A stretch of DNA of 64,000 bases from a virus: positions 8,006 to 72,005 of the IMG/VR virus record IMGVR_UViG_3300027749_000096; one strand, 5' to 3'. The translations under genes were made by a program, and so were the position numbers. The notes below the pieces were generated by a model. It was given only the letters and a program-made list of their open reading frames with translations, was not told the DNA's origin and searched no databases. Below, in pieces: positions 37,271 through 47,590 of the stretch (position 1 is its first letter; each line of letters begins with the position of its first letter).

Positions 37271-38799
37271 AAAATAAGTATATAGAAATTTCTTCAGAGG
37301 AAGAAATGCAGAAAGCCTCTAATTGGCTTACATTATTAGGATATAAAAATGAATATTCAAATCCACAAATAAATAAAGAGACTTTTGTATATTTATTTAT
37401 AGGAATAGGTAAAAATTTTCATTTTAATGATACTTCTGAAAAAAGTTCTCATTGGAAACCATTCTCTCTATTATATGAGGAAGGAATGCCTTGGGATAAG
37501 GAAGAAGATTTATTATCTAAAGCTAAAAGACTCTATCCTATAGGTACACAATATAAATGTGCTACTGGAGGTTATGAGGTATATACAGTGGAAAGTATGG
37601 ATTGGGCTCCTTCTCCAGCCGATACTGTGTATGGAGAAGATGGTAAAGGATGTATATATAAACATGGTAAATGGGCAGAGATTGTAGATGAAATTAAACT
37701 TATAGAGAAATGGAGTGCTAGTACTTATGTAGTTTTCTTTAACAATTCAACTCTTCATGGAGTTAAATTAGGCACTATAGATAAAATTAAATATAATTTA
37801 GATAGCTCTAAAGATTCTTTCTTTGTGGATTATGGATGTTGTTCTAGAAGTAGATTAGATGTAGATGTTAAATGGTTTGCTACATTAGAAGAAGCAAAGA
37901 AGTTTGCAGCTACAATTAAACAATCTGTAGAAAAGAAAGAATTTATTCCTGATGATAATCTTTCTAGTTATATAGGTAGATATTTAGAAGCTTTAGTAGA
38001 TCTTCCAAATGGAGGAAAAGTTAAAAAAGGAGAATATGGTTTAATTATAAATCATTCCCAAGCAAACTTTCCTTCTCATGTAGGTTATTGTTGTTCTGAA
38101 GCTTTAAAAAAGAATAATTTAAATATAAGATATAGACTTATGCCTGAAGGATTTACACCACTTGTTAAAGAAGAAGAATGGAAACCACAAGTAGGAGATT
38201 GGGTAGTTACAGATAATTTATCTAATGGAAGGGGTGGAATGTATTATGGAAATTTAGGACAAGTGTGGCAAATAGGAAGTATTAATGATGATTGGTATAA
38301 ACCTATTGAAAGTATGAAATTTACAGGAGGTTCTTTAAAGTTACACAATTTAAGAAAAGTTATTCTAGCAGAAATAAATTCTGTAAGTTATATAGGTAAA
38401 AAAGAAGAACTATTAGAACAAGCTAAGAAGAAATATCCTGTAGGAACAAGATATAAATCTGCTAGCTATAGTGAAACAGAATATGTTGTTGAGAAACAGA
38501 CATTTGAATACACTAGTGATGGTGATATACATGGTGAAGATGGTAAAGGTATTTTATATAGAAAGGGTAAGTGGGCAGAGATTATAGAACCACCTAAAGC
38601 AGAGGTTCTTACATCAAATCAAACCACTTATCAACCAATAGTAACATCCTATTCATATAATGGGGTTAAAGCAACATTAGAAAACATGTATCCAGATTTT
38701 AAATCAACAGAAACACATCAATCAATCAATATAGCAGGTAAACAATTCTCACCTATTAAAGCAGAATTAATCAAAGTAAAACAATTAAAAATTAATTAA
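37258..38799 (+). CDS. modular hypothetical protein with duplicated ~65-aa domain
   Basis: LL-x2-AK-x2-YP-x-GT-x-YK...GEDGKG-x2-Y-x2-GKWAEI twice. Confidence 0.7.
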   Translation: MQNLKNKYIEISSEEEMQKASNWLTLLGYKNEYSNPQINKETFVYLFIGIGKNFHFNDTSEKSSHWKPFSLLYEEGMPWDKEEDLLSKAKRLYPIGTQYKCATGGYEVYTVESMDWAPSPADTVYGEDGKGCIYKHGKWAEIVDEIKLIEKWSASTYVVFFNNSTLHGVKLGTIDKIKYNLDSSKDSFFVDYGCCSRSRLDVDVKWFATLEEAKKFAATIKQSVEKKEFIPDDNLSSYIGRYLEALVDLPNGGKVKKGEYGLIINHSQANFPSHVGYCCSEALKKNNLNIRYRLMPEGFTPLVKEEEWKPQVGDWVVTDNLSNGRGGMYYGNLGQVWQIGSINDDWYKPIESMKFTGGSLKLHNLRKVILAEINSVSYIGKKEELLEQAKKKYPVGTRYKSASYSETEYVVEKQTFEYTSDGDIHGEDGKGILYRKGKWAEIIEPPKAEVLTSNQTTYQPIVTSYSYNGVKATLENMYPDFKSTETHQSINIAGKQFSPIKAELIKVKQLKIN

Positions 38800-38813
38800 A
38801 AAAAACAATTAAC

Positions 38814-39239
38814 ATGGTAAATTTAACTATTACACAAAGAGTATTAGCATTTTTAGGATTAACAGCTGAAGACCGTATAAATGGGTTTTATTTAAAGCAG
38901 CAATCTCAGTTGAACAAAGACATCAAGAATTTAAATAAAAATCTTGATACAATATCTGACAACCATGAAGAAGCATTAGAAGATTTACAGGAAAAATTAG
39001 ATGATGCTAAGATTAGAGTGGAAGAAGCTTATCAAGGAGTAACACCTGAAGATGTAGCTACAAATGAGAAAGCAGCTAGTTTTGCTGATAAGTATTGGTA
39101 TACTGTAGAACAAGCTGAATATGTTGTAGCTAGTATAGAAAAACAAATAGAAAAAGCTAAAGAACAATATACAGCTACTATAGAGTCTGTTCAAAAACAA
39201 ATTACTGAAAGACAAAGAAGACTTGCTAAATTAGCATAA
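38814..39239 (+). CDS. coiled-coil protein
   Basis: ORF. Confidence 0.6.
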   Translation: MVNLTITQRVLAFLGLTAEDRINGFYLKQQSQLNKDIKNLNKNLDTISDNHEEALEDLQEKLDDAKIRVEEAYQGVTPEDVATNEKAASFADKYWYTVEQAEYVVASIEKQIEKAKEQYTATIESVQKQITERQRRLAKLA

Positions 39240-39258
39240 TTTTTTAATTGATGTGTGT

Positions 39259-39292
39259 AAAGGGAGTGTATGAAATACTACACTCCTTTTTT
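39259..39292 (+). terminator. intrinsic terminator
   Basis: GGAGTGTA/TACACTCC + T tract. Confidence 0.75.
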
Positions 39293-39305
39293 ATAAATTT
39301 ATTTT

Positions 39306-39503
39306 ATGAGTAAACAACAAACAGCAGTAGAATGGTTAATAGAACAATATGTTAATGAAAATTATGGCAACGAAGTAGGAGAACAAGCTAAAGAAATGGA
39401 AAAGCAGCAGATAATTGATGCTTATGATAGAGCCAAGTTTTATGACTATTTGATTGGATATGGTAAAAAATATTATAATGAAACTTTTAATAAACAAAAA
39501 TGA
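39306..39503 (+). CDS. hypothetical protein (QTAVEWL...QAKEMEKQQIIDAY type)
   Basis: ORF. Confidence 0.6.
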   Translation: MSKQQTAVEWLIEQYVNENYGNEVGEQAKEMEKQQIIDAYDRAKFYDYLIGYGKKYYNETFNKQK

Positions 39504-39516
39504 ATAAACTAACAAA

Positions 39517-39717
39517 ATGAGTTATATAAAATGCACGTCTTGTAAAAAACAAGTATTTAAGGACTATTCAAATCCCAATATACATTATTCATCAAAAGAA
39601 AATGATACTAAGAATTTTAAGTGTAGCTGGTGTGAAAATTATGAATCTTTAAAAGTAGGGGATTGGTATCAAAATGAAAAAGGTGAGTATCATCAAAAGA
39701 AAAAAAGTAAACAATGA
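39517..39717 (+). CDS. small Zn-ribbon protein
   Basis: CTSC...CSWC. Confidence 0.5.
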   Translation: MSYIKCTSCKKQVFKDYSNPNIHYSSKENDTKNFKCSWCENYESLKVGDWYQNEKGEYHQKKKSKQ

Positions 39718-39816
39718 ATAAACTATTACTAGCAATATTAGTTTGGGAAACAACTAAATACTTTGCAAAAAAGATTTGGTATTATTTACATAATAAATTT
39801 TAAAACTGAAACAATT

Positions 39817-40140
39817 ATGATACAACCTAAAATACAAGAAGTATATATAGAATTTACAGACTCAGTATTTAATGAAGAATACGATGGATTTACATTATGT
39901 AATTCTAATGGAAAATATATTCAAGATTTAGTTGAAATGAATTGCTATTGTTTCACACCAGAAGAATTTGAAACATTTAAAAGAGAATTTGGTAAAGGGT
40001 TATTAGAGAAAGCAGCAGATTCAGCTTATATTGATAATAATCATCAACAAGGAGATTATTGGGATTCAGATGATTTTGAAGTAAACAAAGAATCAATTAC
40101 TGAAGTATTAGATGATTATTTACTAAATAATAAAATATAG
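39817..40140 (+). CDS. hypothetical protein
   Basis: ORF 39763-40140, ATG 39817 more likely. Confidence 0.55.
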   Translation: MIQPKIQEVYIEFTDSVFNEEYDGFTLCNSNGKYIQDLVEMNCYCFTPEEFETFKREFGKGLLEKAADSAYIDNNHQQGDYWDSDDFEVNKESITEVLDDYLLNNKI

Positions 40141-40144
40141 AATT

Positions 40145-40450
40145 ATGAAAATAACAGCAACATTATTTGAAAAGACATATCGTGGAGAGAGAGTTTCTAT
40201 ACCTATTTCTGATTTACCTCCAGAGTTATTAACACCTGAGAATAATATAATGATAAATGTTGAAAGAGGAGAATTTGGTAATAGTGGTTGGGATGAAGGA
40301 GAAACTTCTGTAGTTATAACTCATTATAGAGAACAAACAGAAGAAGAGAAGAAACAATTTAAACTTCATTTGGAAGCATTAAAAGCTAAACGTACAGAAG
40401 AAAGATATACAGAGTATCTAAAACTTAAAAAAGAATTTGAAACAAATTAA
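40145..40450 (+). CDS. hypothetical protein
   Basis: ORF. Confidence 0.55.
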   Translation: MKITATLFEKTYRGERVSIPISDLPPELLTPENNIMINVERGEFGNSGWDEGETSVVITHYREQTEEEKKQFKLHLEALKAKRTEERYTEYLKLKKEFETN

Positions 40451-40456
40451 TTATTT

Positions 40457-40696
40457 ATGACAGTAGAACAATTTAACGAAAAATATAAAGACTATTTAGA
40501 GAAAGGTCATTATGGATTATCCGTTGATGGTGATGAATTTATTGAGTGGTTAGACGGACAATTTGAAAAGTTTATTACATATCCAGGATTTAAGTTTACA
40601 CAAATAAAAGAAAAATTTGGAATGGGTAGATTTTATTGTGATGGATTACCAGGTGAATTAATTGATGAAGTGGAAGATAAAATAAGTAAATTATGA
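40457..40696 (+). CDS. hypothetical protein (QIKEKFGxxRFY family)
   Basis: Recurrent phage motif. Confidence 0.6.
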   Translation: MTVEQFNEKYKDYLEKGHYGLSVDGDEFIEWLDGQFEKFITYPGFKFTQIKEKFGMGRFYCDGLPGELIDEVEDKISKL

Positions 40697-41055
40697 AAAT
40701 TAGAATAAACAATCTTGAATTTAAAAGATACACATCTACTAAAAAAGATAAACCATTATATGAAATAGTAAAATGGTATACAAATATTTATTTTGGTAAA
40801 GAAGAAGAATACAGAAAAGATGGGTATGTAGATAGTTTTGGTGATAATTTTTTACAGAAAGGAGAAAGTAGTATTTCAAAGGGTTCTTTTATCTTACCAG
40901 AAACTTGTATTGTTATTGCTTTTATAGAAAAGGGCAGTGAAGACTGGGAATTAAGAAGTGTTGGAGAAAGACTATTAGAACTAACACCTGAAGAATGGGA
41001 AGACTTTCATCAAGTGTATACAATAGGACAATCTAAACTGAATAAAAGTATTTAA
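40693..41055 (+). CDS. hypothetical protein
   Basis: ORF. Confidence 0.55.
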   Translation: MKIRINNLEFKRYTSTKKDKPLYEIVKWYTNIYFGKEEEYRKDGYVDSFGDNFLQKGESSISKGSFILPETCIVIAFIEKGSEDWELRSVGERLLELTPEEWEDFHQVYTIGQSKLNKSI

Positions 41056-41227
41056 AAATAGTGAACCCAGATGTTTTCATTTTACCTTGTACCCTTGCCT
41101 CATGGTTGGTTTAGACATAGTTCATCTGCATATATTGAAACTATCAACTGGGTTTTTTGAATCTAAATATAAGGTGATCAGGGGGGTCTAGCTGTACCAG
41201 AACAGCTATTTTTTTAAACATTTTAAA

Positions 41228-41557
41228 ATGAACAAAAAAGATATTGATATAGATATAGTAAAACAATTTGTAGATAATGATACTTTAGTTAAAATGGCAA
41301 CTCTTCAAGCAGAAAAAAAAGCTAAAGAGTTTAAGTATCTATTAAATGTTATTAAAGATAAAAAATATCATGATAAGTTATACGGTCAGTTAAAAGGTAC
41401 TATTGGATATGATGGTAAAACTAAACTTTGGGTTAACCAATATATAGGTAGAATAAACAAAGATACAGTTGTAGATAAATCTGCAATATGTTTAAAGTAT
41501 TCTTCTATTATGAGAAATAAAGCTAAAGATGCTATATTAAAAGAACTTTTAAAATGA
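41228..41557 (+). CDS. hypothetical protein
   Basis: ORF. Confidence 0.55.
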   Translation: MNKKDIDIDIVKQFVDNDTLVKMATLQAEKKAKEFKYLLNVIKDKKYHDKLYGQLKGTIGYDGKTKLWVNQYIGRINKDTVVDKSAICLKYSSIMRNKAKDAILKELLK

Positions 41558-42675
41558 ATAAGAGAGAACAAATTCAAGCTGATGCTTTAAAAATAGCATT
41601 AGATAATAGAAGATCAAGTGCTGCAGTTAGCATGGGGGTTGGTAAAACTCTTATAGGACTAAAGTATATTGATCATTTACAGAAAGCAAATATGAATAAG
41701 CTTAATGTGTTAGTAGTAGCACCTAAACTTAGTATATTTAAATCTTGGAAGGATGATGCTTTGAAGTTTAACATGGATATACTAGGATTAGAGTTTACAA
41801 CCTATCTCTCTTTAAATAAGTTTGATCCAAATAAATATGATGTTCTTGTTCTAGATGAAGCCCACTCTTTATTAAATTCACATATAGGATTTTTAGGTCA
41901 CTACAATGGTAGAATACTAGGACTCACTGGTACACCCCCAAGATATGCTGATTCTGAAAAAGGACTAATGATGAATACATTTTGTCCTGTAAAGTTTAAA
42001 TACATCACTGATGATGCTGTAGATGATGACATTCTTAATGATTATAGAATTATAGTGCACAAGATGAGGCTTTCTAGTAGTAATACTATAAAGGTGACTC
42101 TTAAAAGTAATAAAGAATTTTATACATCAGAAACTAAAAACTATAATTATTGGACAGAAAGAGTGTATGAAGCTAATGGACCTAAACAAAAACAGATAGC
42201 TTCTATAATGAGAATGAAAGCTTTAATGGATTTTCAAACCAAAGAGAATTATGCTAATAAGTTATTTAAGGATATGGATCAGAAATGTATTCTATTCTGT
42301 AATACACAAGCCCAGGCTGATAGAATGTGTACTCATTCAGTTCATTCTAACAATGTAGATTCTGATGAAAATTTAGAATTATTTAAAGAAGGAATGATTG
42401 AAAGACTATCTTGTGTCAATCAACTTAATGAAGGAGTTAATATACCAGAACTAAGAAGTGCTATTATTATGCATTCTTTTGGTAATGAACGTAAAGCCCA
42501 ACAAAAGCTGGGTAGATTGTTAAGACTTAACCCAACAGAAATAGCTACAGCTCATATACTATGTTATAAAGACACTGTAGATGAACAATGGGTTAATGAA
42601 GCTTTAAAAGATTTGGATGAAAATAAAATTAAATATTTTGACGTAGATGACTCAACATTTAAACGGAAAGTATAG
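41554..42675 (+). CDS. superfamily 2 DExH helicase
   Basis: MGVGKT, LDEAH, GLTGT, LNEGVNIP, QKLGRLLR. Confidence 0.9.
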   Translation: MNKREQIQADALKIALDNRRSSAAVSMGVGKTLIGLKYIDHLQKANMNKLNVLVVAPKLSIFKSWKDDALKFNMDILGLEFTTYLSLNKFDPNKYDVLVLDEAHSLLNSHIGFLGHYNGRILGLTGTPPRYADSEKGLMMNTFCPVKFKYITDDAVDDDILNDYRIIVHKMRLSSSNTIKVTLKSNKEFYTSETKNYNYWTERVYEANGPKQKQIASIMRMKALMDFQTKENYANKLFKDMDQKCILFCNTQAQADRMCTHSVHSNNVDSDENLELFKEGMIERLSCVNQLNEGVNIPELRSAIIMHSFGNERKAQQKLGRLLRLNPTEIATAHILCYKDTVDEQWVNEALKDLDENKIKYFDVDDSTFKRKV

Positions 42676-43039
42676 AAAAGTAAATGGAATACTAGAACCT
42701 ACTAGTTTAGGAATGAAGAAACAATATGAATTGTTTGTTTCTAGTTTAAAAGATGGAGCCATTATAGAATTCTTCTATGAAGAACAACATGATGATGGAA
42801 CACTTCCACAATTAGCTAAGATACATGTTATGATTAAACATCTATCTATGCATATAGGAGAATCAGTAGAAAATATGAAGTTGTTAGTTAAAGACAGAGC
42901 TGGGCTTTGTATAGCTAGAGAAGTATCTGGTAAAGAATACTTTCTAGCTAAAAGTTTTGCAGATTGTTCTAGAGAAGAACTAGCTTTAGCTATACAAGCA
43001 GCTACAGAAATAGGAGAACAAGTTGGTTTCATCTTTTAA
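42647..43039 (+). CDS. NinB/YbcN-like protein
   Basis: T..QLAKIH..I..L...GES...MK...KSFADCS.EEL. Confidence 0.45.
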   Translation: MTQHLNGKYRKVNGILEPTSLGMKKQYELFVSSLKDGAIIEFFYEEQHDDGTLPQLAKIHVMIKHLSMHIGESVENMKLLVKDRAGLCIAREVSGKEYFLAKSFADCSREELALAIQAATEIGEQVGFIF

Positions 43040-43769
43040 TATTAATACTGTGACAGAACAAGTAAATCTTGAAGAAATAAAAATCAAACTTATAGAAAAG
43101 CTTAAACCATCTGGTTGGGCTGTTAAATTAAAAGGATTTGTACAAAGCTCAGACTTTGACAAAGTGTTAGAAACATTACATAATCTAAGAGAAGATGGTA
43201 AAAGATTCACTCCTCCTCTTAAACTTGTATTTAGAGCATTTGAAGAATGTCCTGTAGATAAATTAAAGATTGTAATGATAGGGATGGATCCATATCCATA
43301 TTTATCAGTGGCTGATGGGATTGCATTTAGTTGTAGTTTGACAGACAAGGTACAACCAAGTCTAAAGAACATATTTGCTTCTATAAACAGTACAGTGTAC
43401 CCAGATCAAAGTGTAGAACATGACCCAGATCTTAAAAGATGGTCTAACCAAGGAGTGTTATTATTAAACTCAGCTTTAACATGTCAAGTGGATAAAATAG
43501 GAAGTCATTTCAATGTATGGAAAGACTTTATAGCTTACACATTAGATACACTAAATTACACTAACAGTGGACTTGTGTTTGTTCTAATGGGTAAACAAGC
43601 CCAAGATTTAGAATCATTAATTAATGAGGAAAAACATCACATAATTAAAGTGAGCCATCCAGCTTCTGCAGCTTATACTAAAACTATATGGGATTGTCAA
43701 GACTTATTTAATAAATGTAATTCTATTATAGAAGGACAGAATGGAAAAGACTTTAAAATAGTATGGTAG
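43023..43769 (+). CDS. ung: uracil-DNA glycosylase (family 1)
   Basis: GMDPYP, GIAFS, PSLKNI, WSNQGVLLLN, HPAS; start may be GTG 43050. Confidence 0.9.
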   Translation: MVSSFNINTVTEQVNLEEIKIKLIEKLKPSGWAVKLKGFVQSSDFDKVLETLHNLREDGKRFTPPLKLVFRAFEECPVDKLKIVMIGMDPYPYLSVADGIAFSCSLTDKVQPSLKNIFASINSTVYPDQSVEHDPDLKRWSNQGVLLLNSALTCQVDKIGSHFNVWKDFIAYTLDTLNYTNSGLVFVLMGKQAQDLESLINEEKHHIIKVSHPASAAYTKTIWDCQDLFNKCNSIIEGQNGKDFKIVW

Positions 43770-43770
43770 T

Positions 43771-43932
43771 ATGGAACATTTAGAATTTAACAAAGAAAAA
43801 TTTATAGATTTTAAGAAAGAATATAAAAAGGCTGTAGATAATGAAGAGCCGTCTTTTATATTCCAAAATAAAGAAATAGTAACAGGATATGCAAAATATC
43901 TTATTGAGTATTTAGAAACACAAATTAATTAA
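43771..43932 (+). CDS. 53-aa hypothetical protein
   Basis: Hand-translated, packed in operon. Confidence 0.5.
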   Translation: MEHLEFNKEKFIDFKKEYKKAVDNEEPSFIFQNKEIVTGYAKYLIEYLETQIN

Positions 43933-43949
43933 TTAAAAAACACAACAAA

Positions 43950-44288
43950 ATGGCAATCAACAAAGTAGACTTAACAGTTAGTCAATTATTAAATGACCTT
44001 AATGAAGGGTATACATGGCTTAAGAAAGATGATTTAGGGTATGGTAGTATAGAAATGAAGTATGGTGCTAATCCAGTGCAGATAGCAACAATTAGAAAAC
44101 ACCCAGCTCTTAAAGATGCTGAAACAACTTTAACTGTGTTTAATATTATAGATGATACAGCTAAACAAGATGTAAAAGTAACTCCTAAAGTTAATAAAAC
44201 AATAGAGAGAATAGAAAAAGTAGAAGAACAACAGCCTGAATTAGTTGTAGAAACATCTAATGCTGTAGATCTTTTCTCAAACCTTTAA
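43950..44288 (+). CDS. hypothetical protein
   Basis: ORF. Confidence 0.6.
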   Translation: MAINKVDLTVSQLLNDLNEGYTWLKKDDLGYGSIEMKYGANPVQIATIRKHPALKDAETTLTVFNIIDDTAKQDVKVTPKVNKTIERIEKVEEQQPELVVETSNAVDLFSNL

Positions 44289-44293
44289 TAAAT

Positions 44294-45751
44294 ATGATGA
44301 GTACTAATAATACAAAATATGTTAGACCATCTAACTTAGTATATAAATTTAATGTAGGAGATAAAGTGAAAGTGATCTATCCTGGTTCAGGATGTGGAGA
44401 TTATGATATAGGAAAAGAAGTTAGAATAGTAAGAAAAGGTAAATATGCAGATGATCCTGCTTATGAAGTGTCTCCAGCTATAGGAAATAGTAAAACAGGA
44501 AGTTTTGATAAAATGATAGGAGAGAAGGCTTTTGTACTAGTAGAATCAGTACAAGATTTACTTGATAGAACAAAAAATTTAAATTTAAACACACACACAA
44601 AGTCAATTAAAATGGCAAAAATTAGAACAAAATCAATTACAAAGAAAGTTACTCAAGAAGTAAGAACAATTGAAACATCCTTAATTAATAAGGAAGAAGT
44701 ATTTAAAATGTTAGCATTAGCAGAAGCTACAGGGCTTCCATGTTTATTAATTGGTGAACCAGGTACAGGTAAAACCAAAACTGTTATAGATTATGCTAAA
44801 GCATGGTTGAATAAAGATGGTAATATGACAGCAGAAGACTTTATGAGTAAAATCTATATTCTAGAAACTGATGAAGGTACTAAATCAAGTGAGGTGAAGG
44901 GTATTCCTGATCTTCAAGAGTTGTTTACAAATAACAACTATAAACTTAACACCCCAATTGCTGAAGCAGAAATTGTAATCATCAATGAGGTGGATAAAGC
45001 TAGTAGTGGTATCAGAAATGCTATGTTGGGTGTGATGAATGAGAAGTTCTTATTTAATGGTAAACATAAAATACCTTGTAAATGGAAGTTATTTATTGCT
45101 ACATGTAATGAAATACCTAAAGATGAACAAGATAGTCCATTCTGGGATAGATTTATGTTAAAGACTAATGTAAATAGAGTATCTGCAGGTGATATTAGTA
45201 AGTATTATTCTAAAGGAGATAGAAACTACAGAGAAAGTTTTAAAATGGGTATTCCAAATAAAGCTGAACTAGACACTGTAGATGTACCAGTTAAGAAATT
45301 AGATAAATATCTAGAAGTGGGTTATCAACACAGTAGTGATAGAACTTTGACTTTTGTACCTAAATTAGCAAAAGCTGTTAGTTATATCTGGGATATTAGT
45401 ATTGATAAAGCTCTTGTAAAAACTGCTCAAATTATGATTGGTCAATCTGCAGGTAGTGAATTACAAAATAAACTAATGTCTGCTGAGGTTAAAGCTGTTA
45501 TGAGTAAGGTGGAAATGCTTCAATCATTTACAACTAATGAACAACTAGAACAAGCTGTAGTTGAAATTGAGAGCTTAATTAATGTTTATGCTACTAGAGA
45601 TTCTATTGATGAAGATCAAGTACAAGAAATAGAAAGGTCTATGCATTATATTTTAAGTAATCATTCTGCACGTAAAGATGATTATCAAACAGCTGAAGCA
45701 TTTGATAGTATGCTAGAAGGAGAAGAAGAAACTACTAAAATCCCTTTTTAG
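44294..45751 (+). CDS. MoxR/RavA-like AAA+ ATPase
   Basis: LLIGEPGTGKT, IINEVDKASSGIRNAML, ATCN, FWDRF, SDR. Confidence 0.85.
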   Translation: MMSTNNTKYVRPSNLVYKFNVGDKVKVIYPGSGCGDYDIGKEVRIVRKGKYADDPAYEVSPAIGNSKTGSFDKMIGEKAFVLVESVQDLLDRTKNLNLNTHTKSIKMAKIRTKSITKKVTQEVRTIETSLINKEEVFKMLALAEATGLPCLLIGEPGTGKTKTVIDYAKAWLNKDGNMTAEDFMSKIYILETDEGTKSSEVKGIPDLQELFTNNNYKLNTPIAEAEIVIINEVDKASSGIRNAMLGVMNEKFLFNGKHKIPCKWKLFIATCNEIPKDEQDSPFWDRFMLKTNVNRVSAGDISKYYSKGDRNYRESFKMGIPNKAELDTVDVPVKKLDKYLEVGYQHSSDRTLTFVPKLAKAVSYIWDISIDKALVKTAQIMIGQSAGSELQNKLMSAEVKAVMSKVEMLQSFTTNEQLEQAVVEIESLINVYATRDSIDEDQVQEIERSMHYILSNHSARKDDYQTAEAFDSMLEGEEETTKIPF

Positions 45752-45859
45752 GTAAAGGTCTTTGGCAAACAATGACAGAACAGGGGAATACAATAACTTA
45801 TTCCCCTCTTTCTTATTCTTATACAGCTAATGATCTTAAACACTTATTAAATAATATTT

Positions 45860-47368
45860 ATGGCAGCAGGTAGACAATATAAGAATGCATATACCATTCT
45901 TGAAAAAGTAAAGAAAGGAGAGATAGACTCCTATTATAGAAATGAAGATAGTTTATTTAGTAAAATAAATTTCTACAAAAAACCAGATCTTATAAATCCA
46001 CATCTTCATTATATTGATGAAAGTAGACTTAAACGTATTGTAAGTGATCATATGGTTGACCAAAAAATAGTTACTAATATATATGAAAGTTTTCACAAAG
46101 GAGTTGAGAATAAAAAATTACCTACAGATAAACAACCTGGGTTTGGTAGTTTTTATGAAAAGTTTCAAGAAAACTATACTAAGTTTCCAAAGCATTTGAG
46201 TAATGATATATTTAAAATGTATTATAATCAAATGGAGAAACTTAATTTTGAAGATAGAGATGATACAAACACCACTAAGTTTAAAATCTTAGAAAAAGCT
46301 AATAATCCTGTTGGTAAGATAATGAGTGAGAACAGTAGTTTGAAGTCAGCTATTTTTACTAGAAATGTAGTTTCTTATTTTGTTGGAAGAATGACTATAA
46401 TGGATTTTATAGAACCTGAAACTTCTGAAGATTTTAAAAATGATATAAATGGAGATGGAGATTCAGGTGGAGGGGATGGTCTTCTAGATAAAATGATGAA
46501 TAGTAAACAAGCTAATAATGACTTTGATAAAACTATTCAAGATGCTCAAGACTTATGTAACAAAATGGATGGAGCTATGGATGAAGAAACCCAGCAGCAA
46601 ATGTTTGATAATATTCTTAAAGGAGGAAATCAAGCTGGTAAAATAAGTCCTGAATATCTTAATAAAATGATAGCTAAGCTTGAAAACATCACTCTTTCTA
46701 TGGATAGTGTTAAAAATCAAATTAAAAAACTTGTAGATAAATCTGTAAGTTATTTTAGTGCTAAGAAAATAACCATCTATGAAGATTTGTTTAATAGTGA
46801 TAATATAGCAGGACTAGATGAGTTTGAGTTATTACATCCTAAGATTAGAAAAATATTTGCTGAGGATTTACAGATTAAGAGTACTAAAAGTATTGGTAAA
46901 ATAGATATTTATATTGATATTTCTGGTAGTATGAGTAGTAGATCTGGAACTATAAATAAAGATGGTAATCCTATAAACAAACTAGAGTTTTGTAAAGCAT
47001 TTGCTGCTAAGCTTAAACAAATGGATATGTTGAATAACATTTATACTTTTAATACTAAAGTTAATAAGATTAAAAATAATATGTTATCCATATCTATGAT
47101 AGATGATGATGGAGGCACTGATATTGATACTGTAATTAAGAGTATAGAAGCTAATAATGAAAATGCTTTAGTATTAACTGATGCTGAAGACCGTTGTAAT
47201 TTATATTCAGATAAAGCATATTTTATTGGTGTACAGGGTGCTAGATTTAGTTATTTTAAAGATGATGTTATTAAAGAATATTCTCAAAAAGACCAAGTTA
47301 TAGTATTTGATGGTACTAAAATAAGTAAGGTGGATACTGAAGGTGAAATAGTTAAGGAAAACAAGTAG
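45860..47368 (+). CDS. VWA-domain protein (ViaA/CoxE-like MoxR partner)
   Basis: MIDAS DISGSMS, GGTDI, LTDAED. Confidence 0.85.
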   Translation: MAAGRQYKNAYTILEKVKKGEIDSYYRNEDSLFSKINFYKKPDLINPHLHYIDESRLKRIVSDHMVDQKIVTNIYESFHKGVENKKLPTDKQPGFGSFYEKFQENYTKFPKHLSNDIFKMYYNQMEKLNFEDRDDTNTTKFKILEKANNPVGKIMSENSSLKSAIFTRNVVSYFVGRMTIMDFIEPETSEDFKNDINGDGDSGGGDGLLDKMMNSKQANNDFDKTIQDAQDLCNKMDGAMDEETQQQMFDNILKGGNQAGKISPEYLNKMIAKLENITLSMDSVKNQIKKLVDKSVSYFSAKKITIYEDLFNSDNIAGLDEFELLHPKIRKIFAEDLQIKSTKSIGKIDIYIDISGSMSSRSGTINKDGNPINKLEFCKAFAAKLKQMDMLNNIYTFNTKVNKIKNNMLSISMIDDDGGTDIDTVIKSIEANNENALVLTDAEDRCNLYSDKAYFIGVQGARFSYFKDDVIKEYSQKDQVIVFDGTKISKVDTEGEIVKENK

Positions 47369-47375
47369 AAAAAGT

Positions 47376-47406
47376 AAAGACCCTATAAACAATAGGGTCT
47401 TTTTTT
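47376..47406. terminator. bidirectional terminator between convergent blocks
   Basis: AAAGACCCTAT/ATAGGGTCTTT with A and T tracts. Confidence 0.75.
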
Positions 47407-47460
47407 CTTTTATCCTGTAGCAGAGAGGGTTATTCTACAAGAGTGGTTGTATATAGAGGG

Positions 47461-47586
47461 TTATTTTCCTTGTCCTTTGTAAGGTTTAGGTCTTGAGTTA
47501 TGTTTGTTATAAGATTTTTTAGCAGACCCACCTTTACGTCTACCAAAGTTTACTTTTGTTGATACAGAATTAGAACCTTTTGCCAT
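47461..47586 (-). CDS. 41-aa basic peptide (ends KPYKGQGK)
   Basis: Hand-translated MAKGSNSVSTKVNFGRRKGGSAKKSYNKHNSRPKPYKGQGK. Confidence 0.7.
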   Translation of the reverse strand: MAKGSNSVSTKVNFGRRKGGSAKKSYNKHNSRPKPYKGQGK

Positions 47587-47590
47587 TAGC

